Assembly: GCA_036517375.1 (NCBI GenBank)
Contig: DATDWM010000018.1
Location: 9,004-73,003 of the forward strand
DNA from: Minisyncoccota bacterium
Lineage (GTDB): Bacteria; Patescibacteriota; Minisyncoccia; Phycocordibacterales; UBA9973
Length of the DNA stretch: 64,000 bases
Direction: 5' to 3'
The translations under genes were made by a program, and so were the position numbers. A model generated the notes under the pieces. The model was given only the letters and a program-made list of their open reading frames with translations, had not been told where the DNA came from and made no database searches. Below, one piece after another: positions 8,751 through 18,227 of the stretch (within the stretch, counting starts at the first letter, position 1; every line of letters begins with the position of its first letter).

Positions 8751-11153
8751 ATGGAGGGAAATAAATTTTTGCAAAAAAATATGAAAGTAGCTGTATTGTG
8801 CGGTGGGCCTTCCTTAGAACGCGGAATATCTCTCAACTCTGCTCGCAGTATCCTTGACCATCTAGGTAGCCAAGGAGTTGAGATAATACCAATTTACTTC
8901 AACGAACAAAAAAGTCCGTATAAAATTTCTACGGCACAATTATATTCGAACACCCCGAGCGATTTTGACTTTAAACTCGACAATAAATCTAAACTCTCAC
9001 CCACCTCACTAATTCGTATTTTAAAAAGTGTAGACATTGTTTTTCCTTGTATACATGGAAGCTTCGGAGAGGATGGGGAGCTACAGAGCTTCCTCGAAAA
9101 GCACAAGATACCATTTATCGGTTCATCTTCAAGCTCATGTAAGAAGGCCTTCGATAAATACAAAGCGAATGAGTACATTCGCTCGCTTGGATTCTATGCG
9201 CCGAACTCTATTGTCATAAAGATTACCGATTCTTCAAGAGACATTAAGGAAAAAGTAAATAAATTTTGGAAAGATGAGGATATTACTCGCGCGATAGTTA
9301 AGCCCGCGAGCGGCGGATCGAGCATTGGGGTTTTCTCGGTAGAGAATATCTCTGACGCTCTCCTAAGCATAGAAAGCCTCTTTAGTAAACGCATGGATAC
9401 TCGGGTAGTAGTGGAGCCCTTTGCTAGGGGGATAGAATTCACAGTAATTGTTTTAGAAAACAGGCTGAATATGCCGGTGGCTATATTGCCGACAGAAATA
9501 GAGGTAGAATATACGGAAAATCAATTTTTTGACTTCCGTAAAAAATATTTACCTACTCGACATGTTACGTATCATTGCCCACCTAGATTTTCCAACGAAA
9601 TTATTGAAAAAATTCAAATTGAAGCGGAACAGTTGTTTTCTATTTTTGGAATGCAGGATTTTGCTCGCTTCGATGGATTTCTGATGCCGGACGGAAATAT
9701 TTGGTTTTCGGACTTCAATCCTATTTCAGGCATGGAGCAAAACAGCTTTCTTTTCCAGCAGGCTTCACGCATTGGCTTTTCACATCAGGACCTCTTCCGA
9801 TATATTGTAAATAACGCGTGTATGCGTAGAGGAATCTCGGGGGCGGTAGAAAATATTTTTATTGCCGAGGATCGCAAGCCACTAGCGGTTCTTTTCGGCG
9901 GGGAAACGGCGGAAAAGCAGGTTTCATTAATGAGTGGTACGAATGTCTGGCTTAAGTTGCGAGGCTCAGAGATTTATAAACCATTTCCGTACCTACTTGG
10001 CCCAAAGGGCGAGGTCTGGGAGCTACCGTATTCGTATATTCTAAATCATACGGTAGAGGAGATAATTGAAAATGCAAAGAGCGCGGAGCAGGATGTGGAC
10101 AGGCTTTCTTTCCTCATTGAGAAGGTCAAGATTAAATTGTCTTTAAATAGCGGGGACACTACCGAGAACTTCTTTATTCCTAGAAAGTATTCACTCGCTC
10201 AAATACTCCAGAAATTTCCTTTTGTTTTTATAGCTCTCCATGGTGGATTTGGCGAGGATGGCACACTGCAGAAGATTCTAAAAGGTGAAAAAATAAAATT
10301 TAACGGATCCGGAAGCGTTGTTTCAAAATTATGCATGGATAAATGGGAAACGAACGAAACAATAAAAAAAGCACAGATAAAAGGAGTAACCGTGGCTGAG
10401 CACGCCCTGTTCCAAATAAGGGATGTCCCTGAACACACCGACAACGACTTGAAAGAAGTGCATTGGAGGATGCTAGTAGAGCGGCTAAGCACAAAGACCA
10501 TCATCGGAAAGCCAAGAGGGGACGGATGTTCTGCTGGTGTGGTGATGCTTTCTAATGAAAAAGATTTGTCTACTTATATATCATTGATAAAAAATAAAGT
10601 AAAGATTGCCAAGCCACATACTTTCACTAATCAAACACATAGCATCGATATGCCAGAGGGTGATGTGCAGGATATTATTTTCGAATCATTTATCGAGACG
10701 GATAGACTGAAAGTGCACAAAGGGGAAATTACTCATATTCCTAAAAGTGGGTATGTGGAAATGACAGTGGGAGTTTTCGAAGAAAGGGGGAAGGTTAGAT
10801 CATTTTCCCCATCTATTACCATAGCCGAGGATACAATACTTTCTGTAGAAGAAAAATTCCAAGGTGGAACCGGGGTAAACATTACTCCTCCACCAAAAGA
10901 AATTATTTCTACTAAGAACTTGAATAAAGTAAAGAGTTTAGTTGAACAAGTTGCCAAAAAAATAGGGATTCGAGGATATTCAAGGATAGACATCTTCGTT
11001 CACATTAAAACTGGTACTATTATTGTGATTGAAATCAACACTTTACCCGGACTAACCCCATCTACGGTAATATACCATCAAGCTTTGGCGGAAAAGAAGC
11101 CGATGTTCCCGAAGGAATTCCTAGAGCTTTTGATCAAAAATAAGGGGTATTAA
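8751..11153 (+). CDS. ddl: Tandem fusion of two complete D-alanine--D-alanine ligase-like ATP-grasp modules (Ddl-Ddl)
   Basis: First half: MKVAVLCGGPSLERGISLNS...FPCIHGSFGEDGELQ...IVKPASGGSSIGV...ARFDGFL...SDFNPISG. Second half repeats the pattern: PLAVLFGGETAEKQVSLMS...FIALHGGFGEDGTLQ...IIGKPRGDGCSAGV...SRIDIFV...IEINTLPG. 800 aa. The true start may be the MKVAVL ATG at 8781. Confidence 0.8.
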   Translation: MEGNKFLQKNMKVAVLCGGPSLERGISLNSARSILDHLGSQGVEIIPIYFNEQKSPYKISTAQLYSNTPSDFDFKLDNKSKLSPTSLIRILKSVDIVFPCIHGSFGEDGELQSFLEKHKIPFIGSSSSSCKKAFDKYKANEYIRSLGFYAPNSIVIKITDSSRDIKEKVNKFWKDEDITRAIVKPASGGSSIGVFSVENISDALLSIESLFSKRMDTRVVVEPFARGIEFTVIVLENRLNMPVAILPTEIEVEYTENQFFDFRKKYLPTRHVTYHCPPRFSNEIIEKIQIEAEQLFSIFGMQDFARFDGFLMPDGNIWFSDFNPISGMEQNSFLFQQASRIGFSHQDLFRYIVNNACMRRGISGAVENIFIAEDRKPLAVLFGGETAEKQVSLMSGTNVWLKLRGSEIYKPFPYLLGPKGEVWELPYSYILNHTVEEIIENAKSAEQDVDRLSFLIEKVKIKLSLNSGDTTENFFIPRKYSLAQILQKFPFVFIALHGGFGEDGTLQKILKGEKIKFNGSGSVVSKLCMDKWETNETIKKAQIKGVTVAEHALFQIRDVPEHTDNDLKEVHWRMLVERLSTKTIIGKPRGDGCSAGVVMLSNEKDLSTYISLIKNKVKIAKPHTFTNQTHSIDMPEGDVQDIIFESFIETDRLKVHKGEITHIPKSGYVEMTVGVFEERGKVRSFSPSITIAEDTILSVEEKFQGGTGVNITPPPKEIISTKNLNKVKSLVEQVAKKIGIRGYSRIDIFVHIKTGTIIVIEINTLPGLTPSTVIYHQALAEKKPMFPKEFLELLIKNKGY

Positions 11154-11212
11154 GAGGCATGCCTAGGGGCTCAGAGGTTGCATTTTAAGCCTTTTTATAA
11201 TAGTATCTATTC

Positions 11213-11371
11213 ATGTCCCAAGATAGACTAATAAAACTCGCCTGCGGAACCTGTAAGCGTATCAACTACTGGTCCAGCAAGAACAAGAAACTCGTCACTA
11301 AAAAGATTGAGCTCCAAAAGTTTTGCAAGTGGTGCAAGAAGAAAACTAAGCACAAAGAATCTAAGAAATAA
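11213..11371 (+). CDS. rpmG: 50S ribosomal protein L33 (52 aa, absent from the ORF track because it is under 60 aa)
   Basis: My translation: MSQDRLIKLACGTCKRINYWSSKNKKLVTKKIELQKFCKWCKKKTKHKESKK. It matches Cys4-type bacterial L33 (compare B. subtilis [49 protein letters not shown]). Confidence 0.85.
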   Translation: MSQDRLIKLACGTCKRINYWSSKNKKLVTKKIELQKFCKWCKKKTKHKESKK

Positions 11372-11552
11372 GCTTTATTTTACTTTAGTTTTCCTTTGGT
11401 TTTCTTAATTCCTTCTGCTATACTTTAGCCACAACAAAGAGTTTTGTTGTATGTTCTTCTTAAGTAGGAAGCACGATATTTTTTATTTTGTGCTTCCAAA
11501 ACCCGTTTGTGCTTAAGCGGGCTTTTGCTCGTGTAAGGCGTAAACGGGATAA

Positions 11553-11623
11553 GGGCGATTAGTATAATGGTAGTACAAAGGCCTCCAAATCCTTTGGCGG
11601 GGGTTCGATTCCCTCATCGCCCG
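11553..11623 (+). tRNA. tRNA-Trp (anticodon CCA)
   Basis: Manual fold. Acceptor GGGCGAT/ATCGCCC. D-loop has GG. Anticodon loop CUCCAAA is identical to E. coli tRNA-Trp. T-arm GGGGGTTCGATTCCCTC. Discriminator G, no encoded CCA. The 31-39 position is a C-U mismatch. Confidence 0.8.
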
Positions 11624-11653
11624 CAGATTTTTTAGAGTTTCTGATTATATTTC

Positions 11654-11682
11654 TTGACCTAATGACCAAATCAAGGTATATT
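11654..11682 (+). promoter_or_regulatory. Putative promoter driving the island operon: -35 TTGACC (11654-11659), 17-nt spacer, -10 TATATT (11677-11682)
   Basis: Hexamers read directly. Located between tRNA-Trp and the epimerase gene. Confidence 0.4.
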
Positions 11683-11779
11683 ATATTAATATAATAAAAG
11701 AGAAATCGTTGTTATTCTTGATTTAGATAGTACCTTGGTTGATACAGATTTTATTTGAATTAATGTTATACATAATTTT

Positions 11780-12814
11780 ATGACTAAAATTCTTATTACT
11801 GGTGGTTGTGGTTTTATTGGCTCAAATGCGGTTAAGTACTATCTTCAAAAAAATTATAGTGTTCTCGTGCTAGATAATTTAAGCAGGTCTGGTTCTGAGC
11901 AAAATTTAAAATGGTTGCGAACACTTAAGGGTAAATTTTCTTTCAAGAAAATAGATATAACTAGCTACGTTTCTCTAGTAAGGATTTTTAAAGAATTTAA
12001 GCCTGATTTAATTTTACATTTAGCCGGACAAACTACTGTAGTTGGTTCCATATTAGATCCGAGAGAAGATTTTGAGGTTAATGCGCTTGGGACTTTCAAT
12101 TTACTAGAGACAATGAGGAACATAACACCAAAAGCTGCTTTGATTTACTCAAGTACTAATAAGGTAATGGGCAATTTGGAATATGTGCCTATTATAGAAA
12201 AACAGGAACGTTATATATATAAAAATATTAAAAATATTTCAGAAAAATATCAATTAAATTTCCATAGCCCGTATGGTTGTTCAAAGGGGTGTGGTGATCA
12301 GTACGTAACTGATTATGCTAAAGTTTTTAATTTAAATACAGTTGTGTTTAGACAATCTTGTATATATGGTCCTAATCAATTTGGTATGGAAGAACAAGGT
12401 TGGTTGGCGTGGTTTATTATTTCTTCGCTTTTTAATAAAGAAATTACAATCTTTGGTAATGGTAAGCAGGTGAGAGATGTTTTGTATGTGGACGATTTAA
12501 TTGATGCTTATGATCTAGCTTTTGTGAATATAAATAAGACAAAAGGGAAAATTTATAATATAGGTGGAGGGATTGAATTTAACTTATCTCTTTTAGAGTC
12601 TTTAAAAATTATTGGAAATATAGTCGGTAAAAACTTAAAATATAACTTAAGTTCATGGAGAACTGCTGACCAGAAGGTTTATATTTCTGATGTTGCTTTA
12701 GCAAAAAAAGATTTTGGTTGGTATCCAAAAGTTTCTCCTAAAGACGGTCTCAAAAAACTTTACAAATGGGTAGAAGAAAATAAAACTATTTTTAATAAAA
12801 TTTATACCAGATAA
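11780..12814 (+). CDS. NAD-dependent nucleotide-sugar epimerase/dehydratase (extended SDR, CDP-paratose-2-epimerase / UDP-Glc-4-epimerase-like)
   Basis: N-terminal Rossmann ILITGGCGFIGSN, SSTNKVMG, catalytic Y...K (YGCSKGCGDQY). 344 aa. Very AT-rich codon usage. Confidence 0.8.
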   Translation: MTKILITGGCGFIGSNAVKYYLQKNYSVLVLDNLSRSGSEQNLKWLRTLKGKFSFKKIDITSYVSLVRIFKEFKPDLILHLAGQTTVVGSILDPREDFEVNALGTFNLLETMRNITPKAALIYSSTNKVMGNLEYVPIIEKQERYIYKNIKNISEKYQLNFHSPYGCSKGCGDQYVTDYAKVFNLNTVVFRQSCIYGPNQFGMEEQGWLAWFIISSLFNKEITIFGNGKQVRDVLYVDDLIDAYDLAFVNINKTKGKIYNIGGGIEFNLSLLESLKIIGNIVGKNLKYNLSSWRTADQKVYISDVALAKKDFGWYPKVSPKDGLKKLYKWVEENKTIFNKIYTR

Positions 12815-12815
12815 T

Positions 12816-14027
12816 ATGATTTCTAATAAAAAAATGAAGATTTGTATATATGCCCATAGTTTTCCTCCTATCATTGGCGGTGCTCAAACTTATCAATATA
12901 ATCTAGCCGTTGGGTTAGGAAAGTTGGGGCACGAAGTCCTGGTCTTAACCGGTGATATTCCTGATTCTTTAAAACCGAAAATTAAAGACTATAAGTCATC
13001 ATATTTTAAAATAGTAAGAATACCGCTTTTTCGAGAATCAATAAAAATGAAAGCACCATTTAGAGATTTACTAATGGAATCATTCACATTCTTAAAAAAA
13101 TTTAATCCAGACATTATCTATTCCAATGGTTATGTTCCTTGTCTTTTAATTTCTTTAATTAAAGATGGTTTGAGGGCAAAGCACGTTTATAGTTATCACT
13201 CTACTCCAGAATTGGATGTAAATAAACTAGTAGGTATATGGCCAGGGAACTTAGATTTCGAACTTTCAGTGGCAAGATTTATTTTTAATAAAGGATCATT
13301 TGATGCTTATTTAGCTTGCAGTGACAATTATCTTAGCACTGTAAAGAAGAATATTAATTCCCAAATTAAGAATGCTCACCGGATTTATTACGGTGTAGAT
13401 ATATCCAAGTTTTCTTATAAAATTAAAGCTGACAGAGAGAAGTATGGATTTAGTGAAAATGATTTCGTTATTCTCTGCCCTGTGAGATTAATAGAAAGAA
13501 AGGGGATTTTAGATATCTTGCGAGCCATCAGTCAATTAAAGAAAATAATTCCTGGTGTAAAACTTTTAATTCCCACAAGCAAGCTTTCTACTAATGATAA
13601 GTTTAGCAAATTAGTACTCAACCTAATAAAATCTTTAAAAATCGAAAATAACGTAACAATAAGGGTTGATCAGTTTACCATTGATGATATGCCGATGGCA
13701 TACTCACTTTCAGACCTTGTGATATTGCCTTCATATTCAGAAGGGCTAGGTATCGTTTTATTAGAGGCCATGGCGATGAAAAAGCCAGTCGTAGCTACAG
13801 ATATTTCTGGCGTAAATGAAGTAGTTAAACACAATAAAACGGGCTTATTGGTTCCAGTTAAGAGTCCTAAAAAAATTGCTGAAGCAATTAAATTAATCTT
13901 TAGTGATAGCAAGTTAAGAAATAATTTAATCGATGGTGCTTATGCTATGATAGAGAAAGATTTTGAATTGAATAAACAAGTAAAGAAGGTTGAGGGGCTT
14001 TTCAAAAAAGTACATGGAAAAAATTAA
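12816..14027 (+). CDS. GT4-family glycosyltransferase (GT-B fold)
   Basis: C-terminal E-X7-E motif region EGLGIVLLEAMAMKKPVVATDISGVNEVV..TGLLV. N-terminal FPPIIGGAQ. 403 aa. Confidence 0.85.
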   Translation: MISNKKMKICIYAHSFPPIIGGAQTYQYNLAVGLGKLGHEVLVLTGDIPDSLKPKIKDYKSSYFKIVRIPLFRESIKMKAPFRDLLMESFTFLKKFNPDIIYSNGYVPCLLISLIKDGLRAKHVYSYHSTPELDVNKLVGIWPGNLDFELSVARFIFNKGSFDAYLACSDNYLSTVKKNINSQIKNAHRIYYGVDISKFSYKIKADREKYGFSENDFVILCPVRLIERKGILDILRAISQLKKIIPGVKLLIPTSKLSTNDKFSKLVLNLIKSLKIENNVTIRVDQFTIDDMPMAYSLSDLVILPSYSEGLGIVLLEAMAMKKPVVATDISGVNEVVKHNKTGLLVPVKSPKKIAEAIKLIFSDSKLRNNLIDGAYAMIEKDFELNKQVKKVEGLFKKVHGKN

Positions 14028-14634
14028 CTATAAACTAGCTAATAAGATCAAAAAACATATAAAAAATAGCGATCGTCCGCTCATTATTGTGATTTCTGGT
14101 GTTAATGGGGCTGGGAAAACTACTTTGGCTTTTCACTTATCAAATATATTAGATATAAGACAGCGTGTTAGTTTGGGGTCGATAGTAAAAACTTTGATTG
14201 TGATGAATCCTAAAAATAAAGTTATCTCTAAGATGAATAATTATTTCTTTCCTCTTAATAAGGTAGATATACACAAGCAGGCATTAATCATAAGTAAGGC
14301 AACTAACTCAATGATTAAGAAGTATTACATTGGGGGAGTTTCCTGTATTATAGAAGGGGTACAGCTTCTGACTCGTTATCTTGATAAGAACTGTATTCAA
14401 TTCCACATAAAGATAACTAATAAAAAAAAATATAATAAACAACTAAGAAACAGCGACACAAGAAATCCTCGTAATCTTTCTGAGAAAGTATTCGGAAATC
14501 TGTTGGCGGTGAATGATATTTTAAATAATGAGATGGATATGCCAAATGTGAATTGTTTAGAAAACTCCCGGTCCTTAAATGAAAATATAAATATCGTATT
14601 GAAAACTTTAATTATCAATCTTAATATTAAATAA
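14014..14634 (+). CDS. P-loop NTPase, putative small-molecule or nucleotide kinase
   Basis: Walker A IVISGVNGAGKTTLA near the N-terminus. ATG at 14014 is preferred over the ORF-track TTG at 13990. The start overlaps the GT4 stop by 14 nt. The C-terminal half has no recognisable motif. Confidence 0.55.
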   Translation: MEKINYKLANKIKKHIKNSDRPLIIVISGVNGAGKTTLAFHLSNILDIRQRVSLGSIVKTLIVMNPKNKVISKMNNYFFPLNKVDIHKQALIISKATNSMIKKYYIGGVSCIIEGVQLLTRYLDKNCIQFHIKITNKKKYNKQLRNSDTRNPRNLSEKVFGNLLAVNDILNNEMDMPNVNCLENSRSLNENINIVLKTLIINLNIK

Positions 14635-14638
14635 ATTT

Positions 14639-15622
14639 ATGCCCATCGATTTTACTGAAATTAAACAATTATCAAAGGAAGCAAAAGAAATTTCTAATGC
14701 TCTAAGAAAAGAACTTGGAGAGATGCCTCACAAAATTGAGGGAAACTTTATTGCTTTCTTTGGCCGTCAGTACAATCCTGATCATAAATGGAACTGTGCT
14801 CTGAAGCCCTTATGGTCTGGTTTCTATATTAAGTATAACGAATTAGAAATGATGGTTGATCCTGGAATCAATATTCTGGAGCGAGCAGAAAAGATTGGTG
14901 TAAATTTGGCTCGTACTAACACATTATTTATTTCCCACTCACATATCGACCACAAAAACGACTCTAATGTAATTGCTGAGATGGTCTCTTATAGAGAGAA
15001 CCCTGAATTAAATGTGCTATTTTCGAAACACTCTTTAAATGATAACGCAATGAGTCACTACCACTCTTCATCTAGGGAGAATAAGATAATTTTGCTTGAT
15101 GAGAATGAAGAGGTAGAATTATATAACGGTGTTAAACTTAAGCCCGTAGAAGTTGTACATTCAATTAATGGTGCATATGGTTTTGTATTAGACTTGAATG
15201 GAGTAAAAATTGGATACACAGGGGACACAGGCTTTAATACAACTTATAAAAGTGCTGACGGTAGAGAACTATCTGTTTCAGAAAAAGTACTCGACAAAAA
15301 AGATATAGAAGAACCTGGAGCTTTCAATGAGGACCTGAAAACTTTTTTTAGTGAAGTTGATTTATTAGTTTTCAACTTGCATGACGTGGAATTTAGAAAA
15401 CACACTAAACATAATTTATACCACTCTACAGTTTCTGATGCGGTGAAAGTTTTAAGAGATTCAAAAGTAAAACATTGTTTCTTTGAACATTTTAACCCAT
15501 ACGGTGGAGGGTTGGGTTTAGAATATCCTCAAAAAGTAAACCAATATATACGAGAATCTACTGGCAAGGAAACTACCCTTACCCCATTAAACGGAAGTGT
15601 TTATAGCTTAAATAATATTTAA
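14639..15622 (+). CDS. Metallo-beta-lactamase-fold hydrolase
   Basis: HxHxDH motif (FISHSHIDHKND) and downstream GYTGDTG/H residues. 327 aa. Confidence 0.7.
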   Translation: MPIDFTEIKQLSKEAKEISNALRKELGEMPHKIEGNFIAFFGRQYNPDHKWNCALKPLWSGFYIKYNELEMMVDPGINILERAEKIGVNLARTNTLFISHSHIDHKNDSNVIAEMVSYRENPELNVLFSKHSLNDNAMSHYHSSSRENKIILLDENEEVELYNGVKLKPVEVVHSINGAYGFVLDLNGVKIGYTGDTGFNTTYKSADGRELSVSEKVLDKKDIEEPGAFNEDLKTFFSEVDLLVFNLHDVEFRKHTKHNLYHSTVSDAVKVLRDSKVKHCFFEHFNPYGGGLGLEYPQKVNQYIRESTGKETTLTPLNGSVYSLNNI

Positions 15623-15624
15623 TT

Positions 15625-16677
15625 ATGCCAAGTGAAGCACCAAAATTTTTCGTAGATAAAGTTAGAGAGCAAAAGGAGGAAGATCCTAAACCGTATGATG
15701 CTGTTATTTCATTAGAACCTGGTAAAGAAAAAGTGGGCTTCGTTAGAGATAATTTCGTTTGTGAGGTTGTGGACGAAAAGGGAAATGAGTCTACAATTAG
15801 AATTCCAACCTCTATTACATATTCTAGAAAAGATGCGAATGAACCATGGAGTAAGAAGTTGTATGGCTACAGAGAGGGCGTAGGAGAGGCTTTAGATTCA
15901 GAAGAAATGAGTTACTACGTAGTCTACGATCCATCATCTGAATTAAGCTTCCTAGCTATGCCGCTTGAGGATAATACTAGAATTGCACGTAATAAGGACA
16001 ATTTAGACTTGTTTTTAAAAAACGGTCGAGAAGAAGACACTGAATCATTAAAAAAATTGATGGGCGAATTTAAAGACGTGGATTTCGGATTATTCGGTTC
16101 ACGTAGTGTTCTAGGCTCACCAGCAGCAAAAACAGTAGACATAGATTTGATTATTTATGGGCCTGAAGATTTACAAAGAGTAGTTTCTGCGATAGAAGGA
16201 AATAGTGATTTGCGCAAAAAAATAGGTCTAACAGATAGGTCTTCTGAAACAATAGAAAAATATGTAGCTCACTACATGCGAAAATTTAACATTACAGAAA
16301 GTGAGGCCAGGATTATAACCTTAAGAAGAAGGAGGTATATATTAAAACCTAACATTAAGTTATCGTTCAACTGCGCCCTGCCTGATAAAGAGAGAAAAAC
16401 TCCTATTGTTATAGGTTCTAAGAAAATTCATGATATTACAATTGAAGCCACAGCTTTGGATACCTCAATGTCTTCAGCTTTGCCTAGATTATTTTCAGTC
16501 GAAACTGAAGGGGAAAAAATAGATGTTGTGACTGGTAATTGGTCATTAAAAGATTTCATTAGACCAGGAGATAAAGTTAAAGTTATAGGCGCGTTAAGAG
16601 AGTCTAATGGTGTTACTTTTATCTCTTTAGAGAAACCAGGAGATATCATTCTCCCAACTAATAATGATAAGAAATAA
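15625..16677 (+). CDS. Pol-beta-superfamily nucleotidyltransferase with an uncharacterised N-terminal domain of about 140 aa
   Basis: Minimal NTase signature GLFGSRSVLGSPAAKTVDIDLIIYG (GS...DxD) around residue 150-175. I recognise no motif in the flanking domains. 350 aa. Confidence 0.55.
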   Translation: MPSEAPKFFVDKVREQKEEDPKPYDAVISLEPGKEKVGFVRDNFVCEVVDEKGNESTIRIPTSITYSRKDANEPWSKKLYGYREGVGEALDSEEMSYYVVYDPSSELSFLAMPLEDNTRIARNKDNLDLFLKNGREEDTESLKKLMGEFKDVDFGLFGSRSVLGSPAAKTVDIDLIIYGPEDLQRVVSAIEGNSDLRKKIGLTDRSSETIEKYVAHYMRKFNITESEARIITLRRRRYILKPNIKLSFNCALPDKERKTPIVIGSKKIHDITIEATALDTSMSSALPRLFSVETEGEKIDVVTGNWSLKDFIRPGDKVKVIGALRESNGVTFISLEKPGDIILPTNNDKK

Positions 16678-17578
16678 TGACAATACAGAGAAGATCTTAG
16701 TCAATAGTAAATTCGTTAAGAATTTAAATGTTACTGGCGATAAACTTCACTGTGAGGCTGGCCTGTATGTTTCACTTGGCCGTAAGTACGTGATCAAAAA
16801 AATAGGAAGACAATATAAATTAAATTCCACAGAACTTATACTCCTTGAAAAATCTGTATCGAGATACTACGATCATTTAAAAAAAATCATACCTAATAAT
16901 GTTCCTAAAATTTTTCTTACTAAGATAGATAAGGAGAAAAATTGCATTTTATTAGTTACGGAATATTTACCTTTAGGTAAAGTTACAGCTATTAAAGATA
17001 TTTCAATGAAAATTAAATATTTTAATGAAATTATTAAGTTAATACTCAAGATTTCAAACAAGAAAGGCAATACCTCTGGAAATAAACTCAAATGTTCTAT
17101 TGATCCCAATCCAGATAATTTCTTTTTGGATTCAGAAAATAAGATAGTATATAACGATTTCACACCACCGTTGTACAGAGAAAATGGTAAGTGGGTAGAA
17201 TTTAGAAGAAGAGACGAGGCTCATGCAAAAAAATCTGAAAAGGAAACTCGTTATTTTTCCGAAATAAATTTATTGCTGGCATTTATTAATAAAACAAGAT
17301 TGTATCTAACTTTAGATGAATACCTTAAGTTTTCCAGGTCACACTTTTCAACTAATAATAAGGTAAAGCAGTTTGTAAAAATCTTTGATGAAGTTAGATC
17401 TGAGAGGGTAGCAAGTTTCGATAAACTTGAGAAGCATGTCGTGCGAAGAGATTTATTAAGATTTGCCTTGTCCTTTCGCAAGGGTTTAACAAGTACTCAG
17501 GTCGGAGAACTTTACAAGAAATCTAAAAAACCTAACGGTGTTGTATTTCTTGAGAAAAAATATATAAGTTTAATTTAA
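16664..17578 (+). CDS. Hypothetical protein, possibly protein-kinase-like fold (APH / Kdo-kinase-like)
   Basis: CSIDPNPDNFFLD...KIVYNDFTPP resembles the kinase catalytic loop (D-x4-N) plus a DF-type metal-binding motif. The assignment is weak. The start overlaps the previous gene by 14 nt. Confidence 0.4.
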   Translation: MIRNNDNTEKILVNSKFVKNLNVTGDKLHCEAGLYVSLGRKYVIKKIGRQYKLNSTELILLEKSVSRYYDHLKKIIPNNVPKIFLTKIDKEKNCILLVTEYLPLGKVTAIKDISMKIKYFNEIIKLILKISNKKGNTSGNKLKCSIDPNPDNFFLDSENKIVYNDFTPPLYRENGKWVEFRRRDEAHAKKSEKETRYFSEINLLLAFINKTRLYLTLDEYLKFSRSHFSTNNKVKQFVKIFDEVRSERVASFDKLEKHVVRRDLLRFALSFRKGLTSTQVGELYKKSKKPNGVVFLEKKYISLI

Positions 17579-17582
17579 TATT

Positions 17583-18221
17583 ATGAATGAAGTAAATAAA
17601 GATGGTTTTTGTACAATTTACATAGCTAGACATGGAAAAACTGAGTGGAATTTGGAAAAAATAAACCAAGGTCAGTCGGAGTCAAATATTTCTGAGCTCG
17701 GACTTAAGCAAGCACAAGAAGCAAGTCACAAATTAAAAGATGTGAATTTTAGTGCTATATATTCTTCAGATTTATCTATGGCGCATAGAACAGCTGAGAT
17801 TATTAAGGGTAATCGAGATATAGATATTCAAAAATCTAAATCATTAAGAGGTCGTTCATATGGAACTTTTGAGGGTAAAAAGATTGAGGTATATAAGAAC
17901 TTTTTTAAGGATAAGTTAGCTGAAAGAGAAATTTTACCTGAAAAAGAATATATTTCATTTAGACTAGCCCCCGACATTGAAACTGATGAAGATATTACAA
18001 TTAGGTTTATGGGCAAGCTGATGGAAATATCCATTAATCATCCAAATGAGAGTGTGCTTGTGGTTACTCACGGCGGAGATATAAAAAACTTTCTAGTAAA
18101 GGTAGGTTACATCGAAAGGAAATCCTTTAAAGAGGGATCCTTTATTCATGGAGGGTATATGAAAGTAATTTCAGATGGTAATAATTTCTCAGTAGAATTA
18201 ATAGACGGAATAGAAGAATAA
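17583..18221 (+). CDS. Histidine phosphatase superfamily protein (phosphoglycerate-mutase-like)
   Basis: N-terminal IYIARHGKTEWN (RHG catalytic His motif) and downstream conserved His (VVTHGG). 212 aa. Confidence 0.75.
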   Translation: MNEVNKDGFCTIYIARHGKTEWNLEKINQGQSESNISELGLKQAQEASHKLKDVNFSAIYSSDLSMAHRTAEIIKGNRDIDIQKSKSLRGRSYGTFEGKKIEVYKNFFKDKLAEREILPEKEYISFRLAPDIETDEDITIRFMGKLMEISINHPNESVLVVTHGGDIKNFLVKVGYIERKSFKEGSFIHGGYMKVISDGNNFSVELIDGIEE

Positions 18222-18227
18222 TTTTTT

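Noticed and set aside
11467-11497. 8-bp hairpin (ggaagcac...gtgcttcc) between rpmG and tRNA-Trp as an intrinsic terminator
   Set aside because: No U-tract follows on either strand and the 17-nt loop is long. Weak evidence.
11553-11623. Reading tRNA-Trp as having a 9-nt anticodon loop
   Set aside because: A 7-nt loop CUCCAAA identical to E. coli tRNA-Trp is obtained if the 31-39 pair is accepted as a C-U mismatch.
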